Source of the DNA: Podarcis muralis
Taxonomy: Eukaryota
Reading direction: 5' to 3'
DNA: 64,000 bases
NCBI RefSeq assembly: GCF_964188315.1
Contig: NC_135657.1
Span: forward strand, 52,762,001 to 52,826,000
A program made the translations under genes and the position numbers. Of the stretch, positions 1 to 11,376 are shown in pieces. Below the pieces are notes generated by a model, which did not search any database, had not been told where the DNA came from, and was given only the letters and a program-made list of their open reading frames with translations. Within the stretch, counting starts at the first letter, position 1. Every line of letters begins with the position of its first letter.

Positions 1-231
1 TGTTTACGAACTTAATCCATTCCAGAAGTCCGTTCTTAAACGGAAACCGTTCTTAAACCGAGGTGCACTTTTCCTAATGAGGCCTCCTGCCGCTGGTGCC
101 CTTCCACCGTTCAGCTTCTGTTCGTAAACCAAGGTAACGTTCGCAAACTGGGACACTACTTCCAGTTTTGCGGAGTTCGTAAACTGAATAGTTCGTAAAC
201 AGGGCTGCTCTTAAACCGAGGTACCACTGTA
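1..231. mobile_element. Tc1/mariner (Tigger-type) MITE, cut by the window edge
   Basis: Ends in the TIR gaggtaccactg + TA. Internal sequence is related to the copies at 16318, 20216, 23630 and 50242. Confidence 0.75.
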
Positions 232-450
232 ACTCCAAATGGAGGCTCATATCCCTCTTTTACAATCCAGTACAAAGCAGCCAGACAAGTGAGATCACAA
301 ATTCGAACTGGGCTGTTCTCAGCTGAAACATAGGCAACTAGAATATTGTCAGGCAGGTGGTCCTTTTCAAAATTTCCTACCTCTGTTACATAAATATCAG
401 CACCTTAATAATTACAAGTTGTATTTGATTTCCACAGGCTGAGAAGGAAA

Positions 451-1416
451 ATGGAAAACATCAATAATGTCATGATGGCAAAGGCAAGCACCTTGTCTTC
501 CCACACTACTGATGCATGCAAGAATACTGTCAAATACATGCAAACTTCATACTTCTACAGATTAAACGTGCTGGCTGTATCTATTCCCATCTGCATCGTT
601 GGATTAATAGCTAATGCAATTGTCTTGTGCCTTTACTGCTTCAAGATCAACAAGCCAAAGTTAGGCCCATATTTTTTGAGTGTGACCTTTACAAACCTTA
701 TTGTAATATTCTCCAACCTTGAAGTGGCTGCTTTTCTTCTCGCAGGAGTGGAAACCTCTACAGTATTCCAACGTGTAATGGAGATACTTCATATATTTGC
801 ATATGACACAAATATATACGTCGTAACATTTCTCACTGCTGACAGATTCCTCATTGTCTTTTTCCCAGTCTGGTGGCAACATCGCCGGACCAAGCATTTC
901 TCGGTAATGATGTGTGTGATTTTGTGGTTCGTTTCTGGCCTAGAGTCACTGGTGGAATATTTTTCCTGCTATGCAACAGTCAGTACTTGGGCTTATACCA
1001 CCTGTAGAACTGCAAGCGTGCTGGCACTCATCATGGAGGTCATTATTTTTTCCTCCTGCATTTTCTGTTTCTCTTTTGCCATTTGGATCAGAATGCAAAG
1101 ATCACAGCAAAAGCATCGAGCAAGACTTGACATAACCATTGTGGCCATAGCAATTCTTATTCTTTTGCTTACTGTCCCAGTTAGACTTGTTAATATTATT
1201 TCACTTTGGGTAAGTGCAATAGATTATTATATGTTCACTAGCATTAGTCTGTTACTGGATTCTTCTACCTGCAGCACCATTCCTTTTGTATTCTTCATTG
1301 TTGGAAGCTGGAAGAGGCAGAAAGGCTTTGAACCCTTCTATATGTTTCTTGAGAGGGCTTTAAAGGATACTGAAGTCACATCAGAGCCAACACCAGCGGA
1401 CCAGGAGCAGGCATGA
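451..1416 (+). CDS. MAS1-like / Mas-related class A GPCR, paralog A (321 aa, single coding exon)
   Basis: Intact ORF with seven hydrophobic segments. MAS/MRGPR-type motifs: IPICIVGLIAN (TM1), TADRFLIVFFPVWWQHRR (TM3/ICL2) and a Cys pair flanking ECL2. Splice acceptor ttccacag| at 436-437 lies 13 nt before an ATG in good Kozak context. Syntenic with PNLDC1, as MAS1 is in mammals. Confidence 0.9.
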   Translation: MENINNVMMAKASTLSSHTTDACKNTVKYMQTSYFYRLNVLAVSIPICIVGLIANAIVLCLYCFKINKPKLGPYFLSVTFTNLIVIFSNLEVAAFLLAGVETSTVFQRVMEILHIFAYDTNIYVVTFLTADRFLIVFFPVWWQHRRTKHFSVMMCVILWFVSGLESLVEYFSCYATVSTWAYTTCRTASVLALIMEVIIFSSCIFCFSFAIWIRMQRSQQKHRARLDITIVAIAILILLLTVPVRLVNIISLWVSAIDYYMFTSISLLLDSSTCSTIPFVFFIVGSWKRQKGFEPFYMFLERALKDTEVTSEPTPADQEQA

Positions 1417-3887
1417 CAATATCCTTGGCCTCAGAAATAATTTCTTTTTTTAAAAAAATGTGTGTTTTATGGAGAGAAAAACGACGTTCCTTCCAAGTTT
1501 CAGAATAAATTTATTTCAAATACTTTAAGGTTGTTCTTTACATTGATTCTAACACACCCACCTAGGCATGGCACTAGGGCCACTCTCTCCTTTGGGTGGC
1601 TACCTAGGCAGAGGCAGCAGGTGGGCTGAAAGTAGAGGACTATAGTCAAAACTAGACAGCAGAGATGACAGATGTCAGGGCAGGTGCCAGGAGCAGGACA
1701 GCAATAACTCACATGGTTAACTCTCTTCCAAGAAACAAAAAAGCTCAGGAGGCCAAGCCTAGTGACCATAGCAACTCTTCCCAGTAAGTCTAACTAAACG
1801 TCTCCAGCTTCCCCAGGTCCTTCCCAAGCAATCTGAGACTCCAATGCCTTGTCTTTGTTCCACCCTCTTCATACGTCTTCTGGTTCTTAGTGACCCAGGG
1901 GGAGGCAAGCTGGTCACAGAAGGAGGGGGAGACCCCCCTGGCTTCTTCAGCAATCAGCCTCATCTCTGCCTCTCGCCCTCCCTTCCTCTCCAGCCTTTGC
2001 TTCTGCCTCTGATTCCGGATTGCTCTCGGACATAAGACCCTTCCTGCTCTGTACACCATGTTATCTCTTCAGATTCTGACAAAGCCTCCACTCAGTCTTC
2101 TCCCTCTGACCACTCTTCCTCGTCCCACATCGAATCCCCTGGATCAGAGTCTTCTTCTCTTTGGGTTCCCCCGTTGGTGCCTCCCACTGTTCCTCTGCAT
2201 CTAGCCTGTCCATCACCACAGATTAGTGGGGGCAGAAGTGGCTGAGCCACCAAAAACTGAGCGTGACCTTTCTCAACGTAGTCATTCAGTAAGTCCACTT
2301 ACCTCGTAATAGGTGCAGCAGTGTTGTGGGCCATCTGCCTCCTTCTTTAGATCTGACAAGGGGTTGATTCAGACTTGCTGTAGTGGAGGGCTCCTGGCAG
2401 GTGGGAGGCCAAAAGGGCCTACTCACCAGGAAAAAGTTTGAATCCAAGCCTACCGACAAATTGGCCAATGGTGAGCCGGTTTGGGGACAGGTGCTCATGC
2501 AGTGGTGGACGGGACCCAACTGAACAGCAAGCTTCACTTGGGTCTGCTCCTCACACGAGGCTCGCCTCTTCCTTTGCACATAGTTCCTTGTCAGATCTTG
2601 CTGCAAATGGAGCTGTGTGGGCCACTGTAAGAGGCCAAAGACAACAGTGCCAGAAGAGGCTGAAGATCAGCGAGAAACATCCGAGGAGTGGGGAGAGCAA
2701 GTGGCAGCAACCAGCAGCTCCAAGCTAAATTGCCACAAAGTCAAATTCACACCCAGATTTCAGAGTGCCTCCCGGTTGCCAGTTGAGGTTTGCATGTGGA
2801 TTTGCGTTGGCTCGTGAAGGAATCCGAGTGGGACTATTTTGTGTTGGTCCACGTGTGCCATCCATCACCATGTGGTTTGGTGAGGAGCTCTACTGCAAGC
2901 ACTATTGTGCTTCAGGTGAACTGAGTGGTCATGTGATGCATTTTCCTGGAACGAGCTTGGTTAGTTTTTTTCAGCATTGCTCAACTAGCCATCTAGGAGC
3001 CTGGGTTTATAGCTCCCCCTTTTTTCCTGAGCTTACTATTTTTTTCTGTGTTGAGGAAGTAGCCATCCGGCAGCCTTGGTTTATAACCCTACCACCACCT
3101 TTTCTGTTTTGGCAGAGACTGAATAGCAGGGTGATTGGTTTGTTCGCAGCATAACGCGGGCTACCATCACTAGCTGCCCCGAAGCAAAACTAAGAAAAAG
3201 AATGTTTATGGGGGATAATCAAAGGGTTTTCACCTCATAGGCTTGCCATGACTGTTCTGATGTCAGGACTGCTTCAGTTTGCATTGGTGAATACAGATCT
3301 CAGGAATTTATGGTGCTTGTTGGATTCTTGCTCAGTTGCTGTGGGGGTGTTTAATCATTCTAAGCAAATTTAGTCTGTTGCCATTGAATTTTGAGCAGCA
3401 CAGTGTTTAAGCAACATGTTTGCAAACGACAAAAATTCTGAAGAGTTATAATTGATTCATCGGGCTACTGTAATTTCCTCTATCTTGAGCAGGGATTGGG
3501 ATTGGGTGGAGTACAAGAATTGCAGATGTTGATTGGTGTTTGATGCAAAGGATTTTTGTGGTCATCCTGTTTCCCCCAATGAATTGTAGTTCGTTTGGCG
3601 CAGCACTTGGTTCTCTCCCTTGAATGAAATGGAAATTTGATTGCTAGTAGTTTTCCCCTCCCCCGCTTGCTCAGTTGCTTGTGTCCAAATTAATTCAACA
3701 GTTGATCCTTTGTGCTGCTAGATCTATCAGTTCCCTCATTCATCCTAAAATTAATTTTTTTAATTTTAAATTTTTAAATTCAATTAACTCACAACTAGTT
3801 TCTCTCATACTCCTGTATTCATGCTGCTTGGTGGGTGCACCTCTTTATAAAATGGTGATCAGACACATTGAGGCAGAGTCTGCAGAC

Positions 3888-4070
3888 CCATGGTTCCCAA
3901 CGTGGGGCAATTCAAGAAAGAGTTATGAACAGTGAATAGCCTTTTAGGCTTCCTCCATGTGAATAGGAGTTCACTTTTTGAATAGTAAGAATTATATGTC
4001 ATTGGGGGGGGGATCAGGATATTAGAGGTGCTTAGGTGGGGCATGGCCAAAAAAAGGTTGGGAGCCACTG
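3888..4070. mobile_element. Old hAT-type MITE
   Basis: ccatggttcccaac ... gttgggagccactg termini, with a degenerate 8-bp flank (ctgcagac / ccctagac). Confidence 0.5.
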
Positions 4071-5197
4071 CCCTAGACCTTGAACTATTTACGTAATAAG
4101 CAGCACACTATGGCAGTCCTCAGTCCTGGACATGGTGTCTGAGATGGAAGATGGGGGAAGTGATCACTATCACAACATGGGTCCTGCAACACCAAGTAAT
4201 AGCTATGGAACAGAGGTACCTCTATCAGCCTTGGCTGATACACTGACTGTACCTACTACTGGGATAAAGAAACCTATCCATCCATATTTGCAATATAATC
4301 CTGGTCATGTTTATATGGAAGCAAGTCTCGTTCTGCTCAACTGGGTTTGCTCCCCAGTAAATATGTTTAGGGCTGCAGCCTTCATGACTTTCAGATTGTA
4401 AAGCATGTAACACTTTCTACATGAGGCTGCCCCCCAAGATGGTTCAAAAACTTCAGCTACTGCGGAATGCTGATACTTATTTATTAATAAGTATGGAATG
4501 TTGTATCACATCTATTTTGAGACATCTGTGCTGTTATTGCCTACTAGTCTTCTACCAGTCATCTACTTGGACAATCAAGTCTGGTTCTCTGTCAAACCCA
4601 AAGCAGATGTGAGGTTGAAATGGATCCAGAATGATGCCATGGCGGACATCACCAGACTATGGTTAACAGTTGCTATGAGGTCATGGGATTCTCATATTCT
4701 CTTTGTTACATACAGCACGCATCATCATAGTGAGGTGGGTCGCGCTTTCACAACTCCTATAGTGAGCAGAAATGTAACCAAAGAAAGTTGAAAAGAACCT
4801 TGGAATCTTGCTAGTATTCATTTTTATTTCTTGCAGTTATTCACATCAGTTTGATTTTTTAGATTTTCATTAGTTTCATTAGCTCTTCATTTAGCATGAA
4901 TTCTGAAAACTTTCCTGTTTGATAATTCTGGCTATATCTGAACTGATCTGTTCTTCCTGTGAACAAGCAGCCAGCACAAATAATATGCCTCAATCACCTG
5001 TCTTATCATCATTATCATTATCATCATCACCATTATAATATTTATTTATGTCCCACTTTTTTCTCAGTCCAGGACTCAAGGCGGCATACACAGGTAAAAC
5101 AGAACAAGCTACAAACACAAAAGGCAATCATTAAAATGGAATTATAAATACCAATAGTATTAAAATAATATAAAAAGATGCATTAAAATACTATGGC

Positions 5198-5330
5198 TCA
5201 GGCTTCCACAACATGGTGCCCTCCCAATATTTTGGACTATAGCTTCCATCAGCATCAGCCAACATGGGCAATAGTCAGAGATGATAGTTGTAGTCCAAAA
5301 CATCTGGAGGGCACCAGGTTAGGAAGGTGC
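5198..5330. mobile_element. Short hAT-type MITE, degenerate
   Basis: ggtgccctcc..ttttggacta ... tagtccaaaacatctggagggcacc internal inverted repeat, related to the 15123 element. Confidence 0.6.
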
Positions 5331-6968
5331 CCTGGTCTCTCTGTTAAAAGGGTATACATATTATAGCTTCCAATTGTCTTTTCATTCTTGGTAGGGCACA
5401 ATCTGTCGTCTAGTTTGCTAGGGAGCCGAGGGCGATGAAATGGTTGGTTTGCAAGGGGGAGGGGGAAGTCTCAATGTGAACTTGACAAAACACAGGCAGA
5501 GCTTATCATCAAGTGTACTCTGCACACTCTCAAAATGTTTAGCAGTGGTCTGTGTAACAAAACTTGTGCAGACCGCTTCACAGAGGTATTGAGCGTGCTG
5601 TCAAGTCCTGTTGTGTGCCACTGTACAGTTCCAGCTGTTCCAGCCTGAGCTTTGAACAAGGTGTCTGAATGGATCCAGCCTACCACAGGGCTGCTCAATT
5701 CCTGCCTCTCTTCTCTTCTTACATCTTCCAGGGGACTGTGGCTCCAACAATCTTAAAATAAATGGTTCTGAGACCACTACTAAAGAAATTCCTCCCGTAC
5801 TCTGAGACTGGCCGCAACCACCACCACCACCAAGTCGCAATGCCTTGTCACTGCGCAGTTCCAGCCTCTGTAGGAAAACACCTATTACATGGATCCATTT
5901 TAATTGGCTTTCTTGACGGAGTTTGACTCAGAAACTGTTTTGTTTGCCCTGATGAATTAGCTACACCAGTATATGTTGCTAAGATCCACAAATGGAAGTT
6001 TGAGTTCCAAGGATATAATGAGACATATCATGCAGTTGTCTAGTGGAAAGACCCTGCATAATAATCCACAGCTTGACAAAGGAAGTCAAGCATATAACTA
6101 TTGTGATAGGCAGATTTTTCCAAGGCCTATCGGAGATTATGTATATCAACTAGGAAATGTGCACAATTCCTTCTTCATGGGCAAATCATGTGTACATTCT
6201 CCATGGTGCTTGATTGTTATGTGCGTTAACTACTCAGCTTACATTCTCCTTAACAAATGCATCAGAGCAGATAAAATAATTTGTGAGGTATTTTAAAATG
6301 CTGCATGAATCTGAAAACTTGCTGAAATAATACAATGTTAGTTACAATGTTAAGTTTCAGTTTGTCAACCTGGGGTGGATCTACACAGAGGGGGAAATGC
6401 TATAAATAAGTCAGAAATTAGACCCTTATAACAACAACAACAATGGAAAAACACATATATAAATTTCCTGCTCTCTCGCACCATCTCGTGTTGCATGTTT
6501 ATAGCACATTCAAATTGTTGTTTCTTTATTAATGTAGGTGAGTCCCTGGTTTTGTTCCTGAACTGGCTCCAAACACTGGTTTACCACATCCACTGCCTCT
6601 CTTGAATTGGATGACAGGAACAAGAGTTATGAGATATCAGACGTGTCTAAAGAGCCAAGGCTTATTGTAGCAATAGAAGGCAATGAAAGGCTACATCACA
6701 TTTTGCAGACTTCAACAATATCCCATGTCCCCTAAATTGAAGGTTTATAGGCCCCTGAACAATCGAGTATTAAGCAGCCAGTGAAGAAGAGAAGGGAGAT
6801 CATTCCCTGCAAATACTAGTGAACATTATAACACAAATGTCTTTGTCAGACAGGAGATCCTCTTGAAACTTTGCCTCCTCTTTTACAGTATTTCAGCACC
6901 TAATAATCACACAAAATGTGTTTCACATTGGCAGGTTGAGAAGAGTTACTGAACATACTGATCATCTC

Positions 6969-7904
6969 ATGCTGGAACAGAAAAACCATCTATCTGCCCA
7001 TGCTGCTGATGCAGAGAACGAGAACGTCAGCAATGAAGGCAACACGAAGGAAACAATGATAATCATATGCATTCCAATCTGCATTTTGGGATTAGTTGGA
7101 AATGGAATGGTCATTTTGTTTCTTCGCTATATGATCAAGAAGAATAAGTTCAATGTGTATGTCATGAATATGGCTATGGCTGATTTTGTTGTTGTTCTCT
7201 ATCTATTGAGTTATTTTGCATTATTTGTAGAACCAGCTCCTATCAATGAACACACTTCACGTTTTCTAGAGATAACATATATTCTTGGACGCAACTCTAG
7301 TTTCTATATATTAACAGCTCTCTGTGCTGAAAGGTATCTGTCACTTTTTTCTCCTGTCTGGTGTCAACATCACAGACCAGAGAACCTCTCAGCTATTGTG
7401 TCTGCCATTCTGTGGGCCTTCTCGTGCGTAATATCTTTTGTAGAAGAATTTACATGCTTTCCAAGATTCTATGCACTTATGTATGAAGACACTTTCCCTT
7501 GTGATATTGCAAAAACAATTGAAGCTATCACCGACTTCCTGATTTTTGTGCCCATCATGGTCTTTTGTACTGTGGCCATTTTTATCAAAAAGCAGGAGAA
7601 AACACAAACAATGCTCGACAAGACGATTGCAGCGACAGTTATTCTGTTTCTAATTTTTGATGCGTCAGCTAGACTTTTGGAATATATAGACTACTGGCAT
7701 GATGATATAGTAGAAATACCAGTGTTTACATTCTCTGTGTTATTTGATTCCATAACCAGCAGCATCAACCCTTTTTTATATTTTGCTATTGGATGGTGGA
7801 GCAGGCAAAACGCCTGGGAAGCCTTAGAGATTTTTGTAGAGAGAGCTTTGAATTATGAAACAAACATAGAACAAACAACACAAGCAGACCAAGAGGAGAC
7901 TTGA
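6969..7904 (+). CDS. MAS1-like / Mas-related class A GPCR, paralog B (311 aa from ATG 6969, single coding exon)
   Basis: Motifs GLVGNG (TM1), MAMADF (TM2), CAERYLSLFSPVWCQHHRPENLS (TM3/ICL2) and INPFLYF (NPxxY), plus an N-terminal sequon NVS. The ORF-track start at 6918 is a GTG codon upstream of the splice acceptor (ggcag| 6933-6934). The first ATG in the exon is 6969. AATAAA at 7979-7984. Confidence 0.9.
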   Translation: MLEQKNHLSAHAADAENENVSNEGNTKETMIIICIPICILGLVGNGMVILFLRYMIKKNKFNVYVMNMAMADFVVVLYLLSYFALFVEPAPINEHTSRFLEITYILGRNSSFYILTALCAERYLSLFSPVWCQHHRPENLSAIVSAILWAFSCVISFVEEFTCFPRFYALMYEDTFPCDIAKTIEAITDFLIFVPIMVFCTVAIFIKKQEKTQTMLDKTIAATVILFLIFDASARLLEYIDYWHDDIVEIPVFTFSVLFDSITSSINPFLYFAIGWWSRQNAWEALEIFVERALNYETNIEQTTQADQEET

Positions 7905-8673
7905 GAATAGCCTGACCTCAGAAACCAAACAACAGTCCTCATATAAAGAGGAGTGCTGACTTGCATTCCAATCTCCAGAATAAATGAATTACAGATAATT
8001 TATGTTGCTGTTTGTCACTTCTGTCTAACCCACCCAAGATCTACAGCAGAGTCAACTGCATCTTTTATTTGAGCCAGAGGCTACTTGTCCATTTCTGATA
8101 TGTCAGGGGTCAATAACAAGGACGTTGAAGCAGAGGTAGACCTGTGGAAGGTTAAAAAATGTTAACCTTACCCAAAAAAAACTTTGCAGTGTGTTGCAGT
8201 GATTGGGCGACTACAGAATGAGACTGAAATCTCAAATCACGACATAAACTTCAGCAAAAGCCACAGAAAAGAAGGATCAGAGAGTAGCCAATATATACAA
8301 AAACCAGAAAGAATCAGAGTGGAGGAGAGGAAAGGAGGAAAAGTATGGAATCAAAGGCACCTGGAAGGGAGAAAATTTATGAGCAGGTATCTACTGTCTG
8401 AAAGACCACAATTATTCAGATTGAGATGCAGCTGGGAACAGAGAATGATGGACTGTCTTCTAGCAAAATCTTAATACAGAAATATACCCCTCCCTATCCG
8501 CTACTTTACAATGGCCTGCTCTTCCATCGCACTTCCCACATTAGGAACCACACATAGGTTTGGGACTACTAGAGAAATGCAATGGATTTTAATATATTGT
8601 AAGTATCGCTTACAGTGATGATGAGGAAGAAAAGGACACACACCAGATAAAAATGCTTCCAGTAGACGATTGC

Positions 8674-11332
8674 TTACGAAGCATAATTGGCAGATCCTCC
8701 AAGGAAGAATGCCAGCAGAGACCAAGAGGTCACAATGCCACAAATTCTAAAAAGAGAGAAGAATATCCAGGAGAACATCAGCCACAGCAATCAACATTTC
8801 GAGCCCTCCCCGACTCTGTTTTTATATTCACTTTCACAAGCATGACTTCCAATGTCTATTTTCATACCAAAATTTATATACTGTTTGATTGTAGTAAAAC
8901 CTTTAAGCGCTTCACAAGAGATATCAAAACCATCAATAAAAACAGTTCTTTTTTTAAAAAAAAAGTCCAGAAAATGTACCTTTTCCAGACACCCCTAATC
9001 ACCACCTCAGTTTTGGTCTCCCACCTCCTAAAGTACTGAAAATAAAACTGAGTACAGATATAGAGTTGCTACATGTATTATACTATACCCAGATCCATGC
9101 TTTGCAGCAAATTGTCAAGAATAGGAAGGGATTTCTTTCAGTCTCTCTTGCCTCACTTTTGGGTGGGTGCGGGGGGGAGATATGACTTTAAAAAGCTAAG
9201 TTTCATCAAGGCCTCTATTAATAATAATAAAAAATGAGATTATGTATAAAGTTAACTTTACTTACTGAAGGAAGAAATTCACATGTGGAGAATGCCTCCA
9301 GTGGTGGTATGGGGAAATCTGCACGTTGGGATGATTTTTATATTCTCTCAAAACCATTCTGACACTGTAAGAATAATTAAGAAAAGTACAACTTTGACCT
9401 ACAAAGAAGAAGAATGATCTGATAGCCAAAAAATAGCTTCTGGAGCCAAACTGGTGCTGTTTGAAGCTGTAAATCTGTCGACCCAACTGCTGTTTTCACC
9501 GGACAATTCCCTCCCAAAAGAGACTCTACCCACCTGCCATTTATTTATGGACAATACATCCTAAACACACCGTCACTCATCCCTATTCTTGCAACTCTCA
9601 AGGCCACAGGTTGACTGTCTGCCATGAGGGAGGGCAGGCTCCATCTACCTACACACCCTCTTTCTCCCCCTATTTACAGTGGAACTTGACATCTTTCCGT
9701 AGGGCCTGCAAGACAGAGCTGTTCCACCAGGCCTTTGGCCGAGGCACAGTCTGACCCCCTCCTTTGGTAATCCTCACAGAACTCTAGCCCAATGGTTGCC
9801 ATTAATTTGATTCTGAATTGATTTGATTCTGAATTGATTTTAGAATGTCTTTCTATTAATTGATTGTGATTTTATGTAAACTGTGTTACTTTTACTGTTG
9901 TTAGCCGCTCTGAGCCCAGCTTTGGCTGGGGAGGGCAGGATATAAATAAAATTTTATTATTATTATTAAGAAAAAAACAAAACAAAAAGTGCCCTTCACT
10001 TCCCACTTTTGAGCCCACAACCAAAGAGGAGGTGTGTGATGGTTTTGTTTATACGCTTCTACAACTTTGGGGGGAAATTAAATAAAAAAAATAAAGAGAA
10101 TACCTCCCAGCCACTCCCAAGAGCAACCCCTGTACAAACCCAGGTTAGGGCAATTTGCAATGTCTGCCTTTCCTGTGCCATCCTGCCCCCCCCCCCCCCC
10201 CTGAGAGCAAGCAAGCCCTGAGAATATCCTCCTTCAGGCGCTGCTTGAATTTGAAGCAACCATATACTCCTCTGTCTGCTGCCATTTAGTAATACAGCAA
10301 GGGCGGGCAACCTATGGCCCTACAAAACCCCATGAGTGCAAATACAAAAATACTTTTTAAAGTCTAATACATATATGTTTTGATCTTGTAAAAAAAAATA
10401 AAGAATCTGCAGAAAAGTTTCTATTTTCTCTGCTTTACTAGCAATCTCTCCAAGATGTCCTAGAAACTGCATTAAGCAATTTGAGAGAGCACTACTAGGA
10501 AATACTGACAAAGTAATTTCTATAATGTATAAAATGTTGTTAGAATGGGAAACAAAAGAAGAGCAGGTGAAATCTGTGATGATTCAATGGGCAAGAGACA
10601 CTGGTCACAATATTGAAATGGCTGCGTGGGATATGTTGTGGAATGTTGATTGAAAATTCACAGCATGTTATGTACACGTGAAATAAAATTATATGAAAAT
10701 TATGTATAGATTGTGTTTATCTCCTGATATTTGTGTTGGAAATGTAAAGGAAGGTAATTTTTATCAGACGTGGTAGTCCTGTAAGCGAACAAAAGCCTTC
10801 TGGGAAATGATCTACGTATAATGAATTGAAGACAATGTTCAAAATAACTTTTAGTAAAACAGAAACAAACCAGCAGCTTTTCTTTTAGGGATAGTGAATA
10901 CAGAAATTCCAAAGGACTGTAGAAACTTATTTATGTATGCTACAACCGCAGCCAGAATGGTCTTTGCCCAGAGGTGGAAAGAGGATGTTGTTCCAACCAA
11001 ATAAGAGTGGCTGATTATTTTGATGGATTATGCCAAAATGGCAAAATTAACGGGTGTGTTAAGAAAACAGGGGGGTGGGAATGATTAAGGGGTACGGAAT
11101 ATTTGAAAAATCGTGGTATGCAACTAAGTGCATTAGTAGGGTTAGCTTAAATCAAGCAGTTAAAAGTATTATTCATTATAGAATAATTAAAAAATGGAGT
11201 AAAGTGGAAAATGCAGTCTTAAAAATGTCAATAAAAGAAGAAACCACAAAAGGAGAGAGGGAAGCTTGATTTGTATTTGTATTGGAAGTATGACATTGTA
11301 AGATTTGTATTTGGAAATTCTTGAAAACTGCA

Positions 11333-11376
<44 letters not shown>

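Noticed and set aside
2765-3154. 129-aa ORF and neighbouring ORFs at 1500-2817
   Set aside because: No recognisable domain, splice context or consistent frame. Treated only as a possible decayed repeat.
6401-6545. TATA boxes and a tag|GTGAGT donor as a MAS-B leader exon
   Set aside because: The motifs overlap a probable repeat remnant, the site reads equally well as an acceptor, and paralog A offers no counterpart within the window.
6918-6968. 17-aa N-terminal extension of MAS paralog B in the ORF track
   Set aside because: It starts at a GTG upstream of the splice acceptor (6933-6934) that is homologous to the paralog A acceptor, so that part is intronic. The first ATG is 6969.
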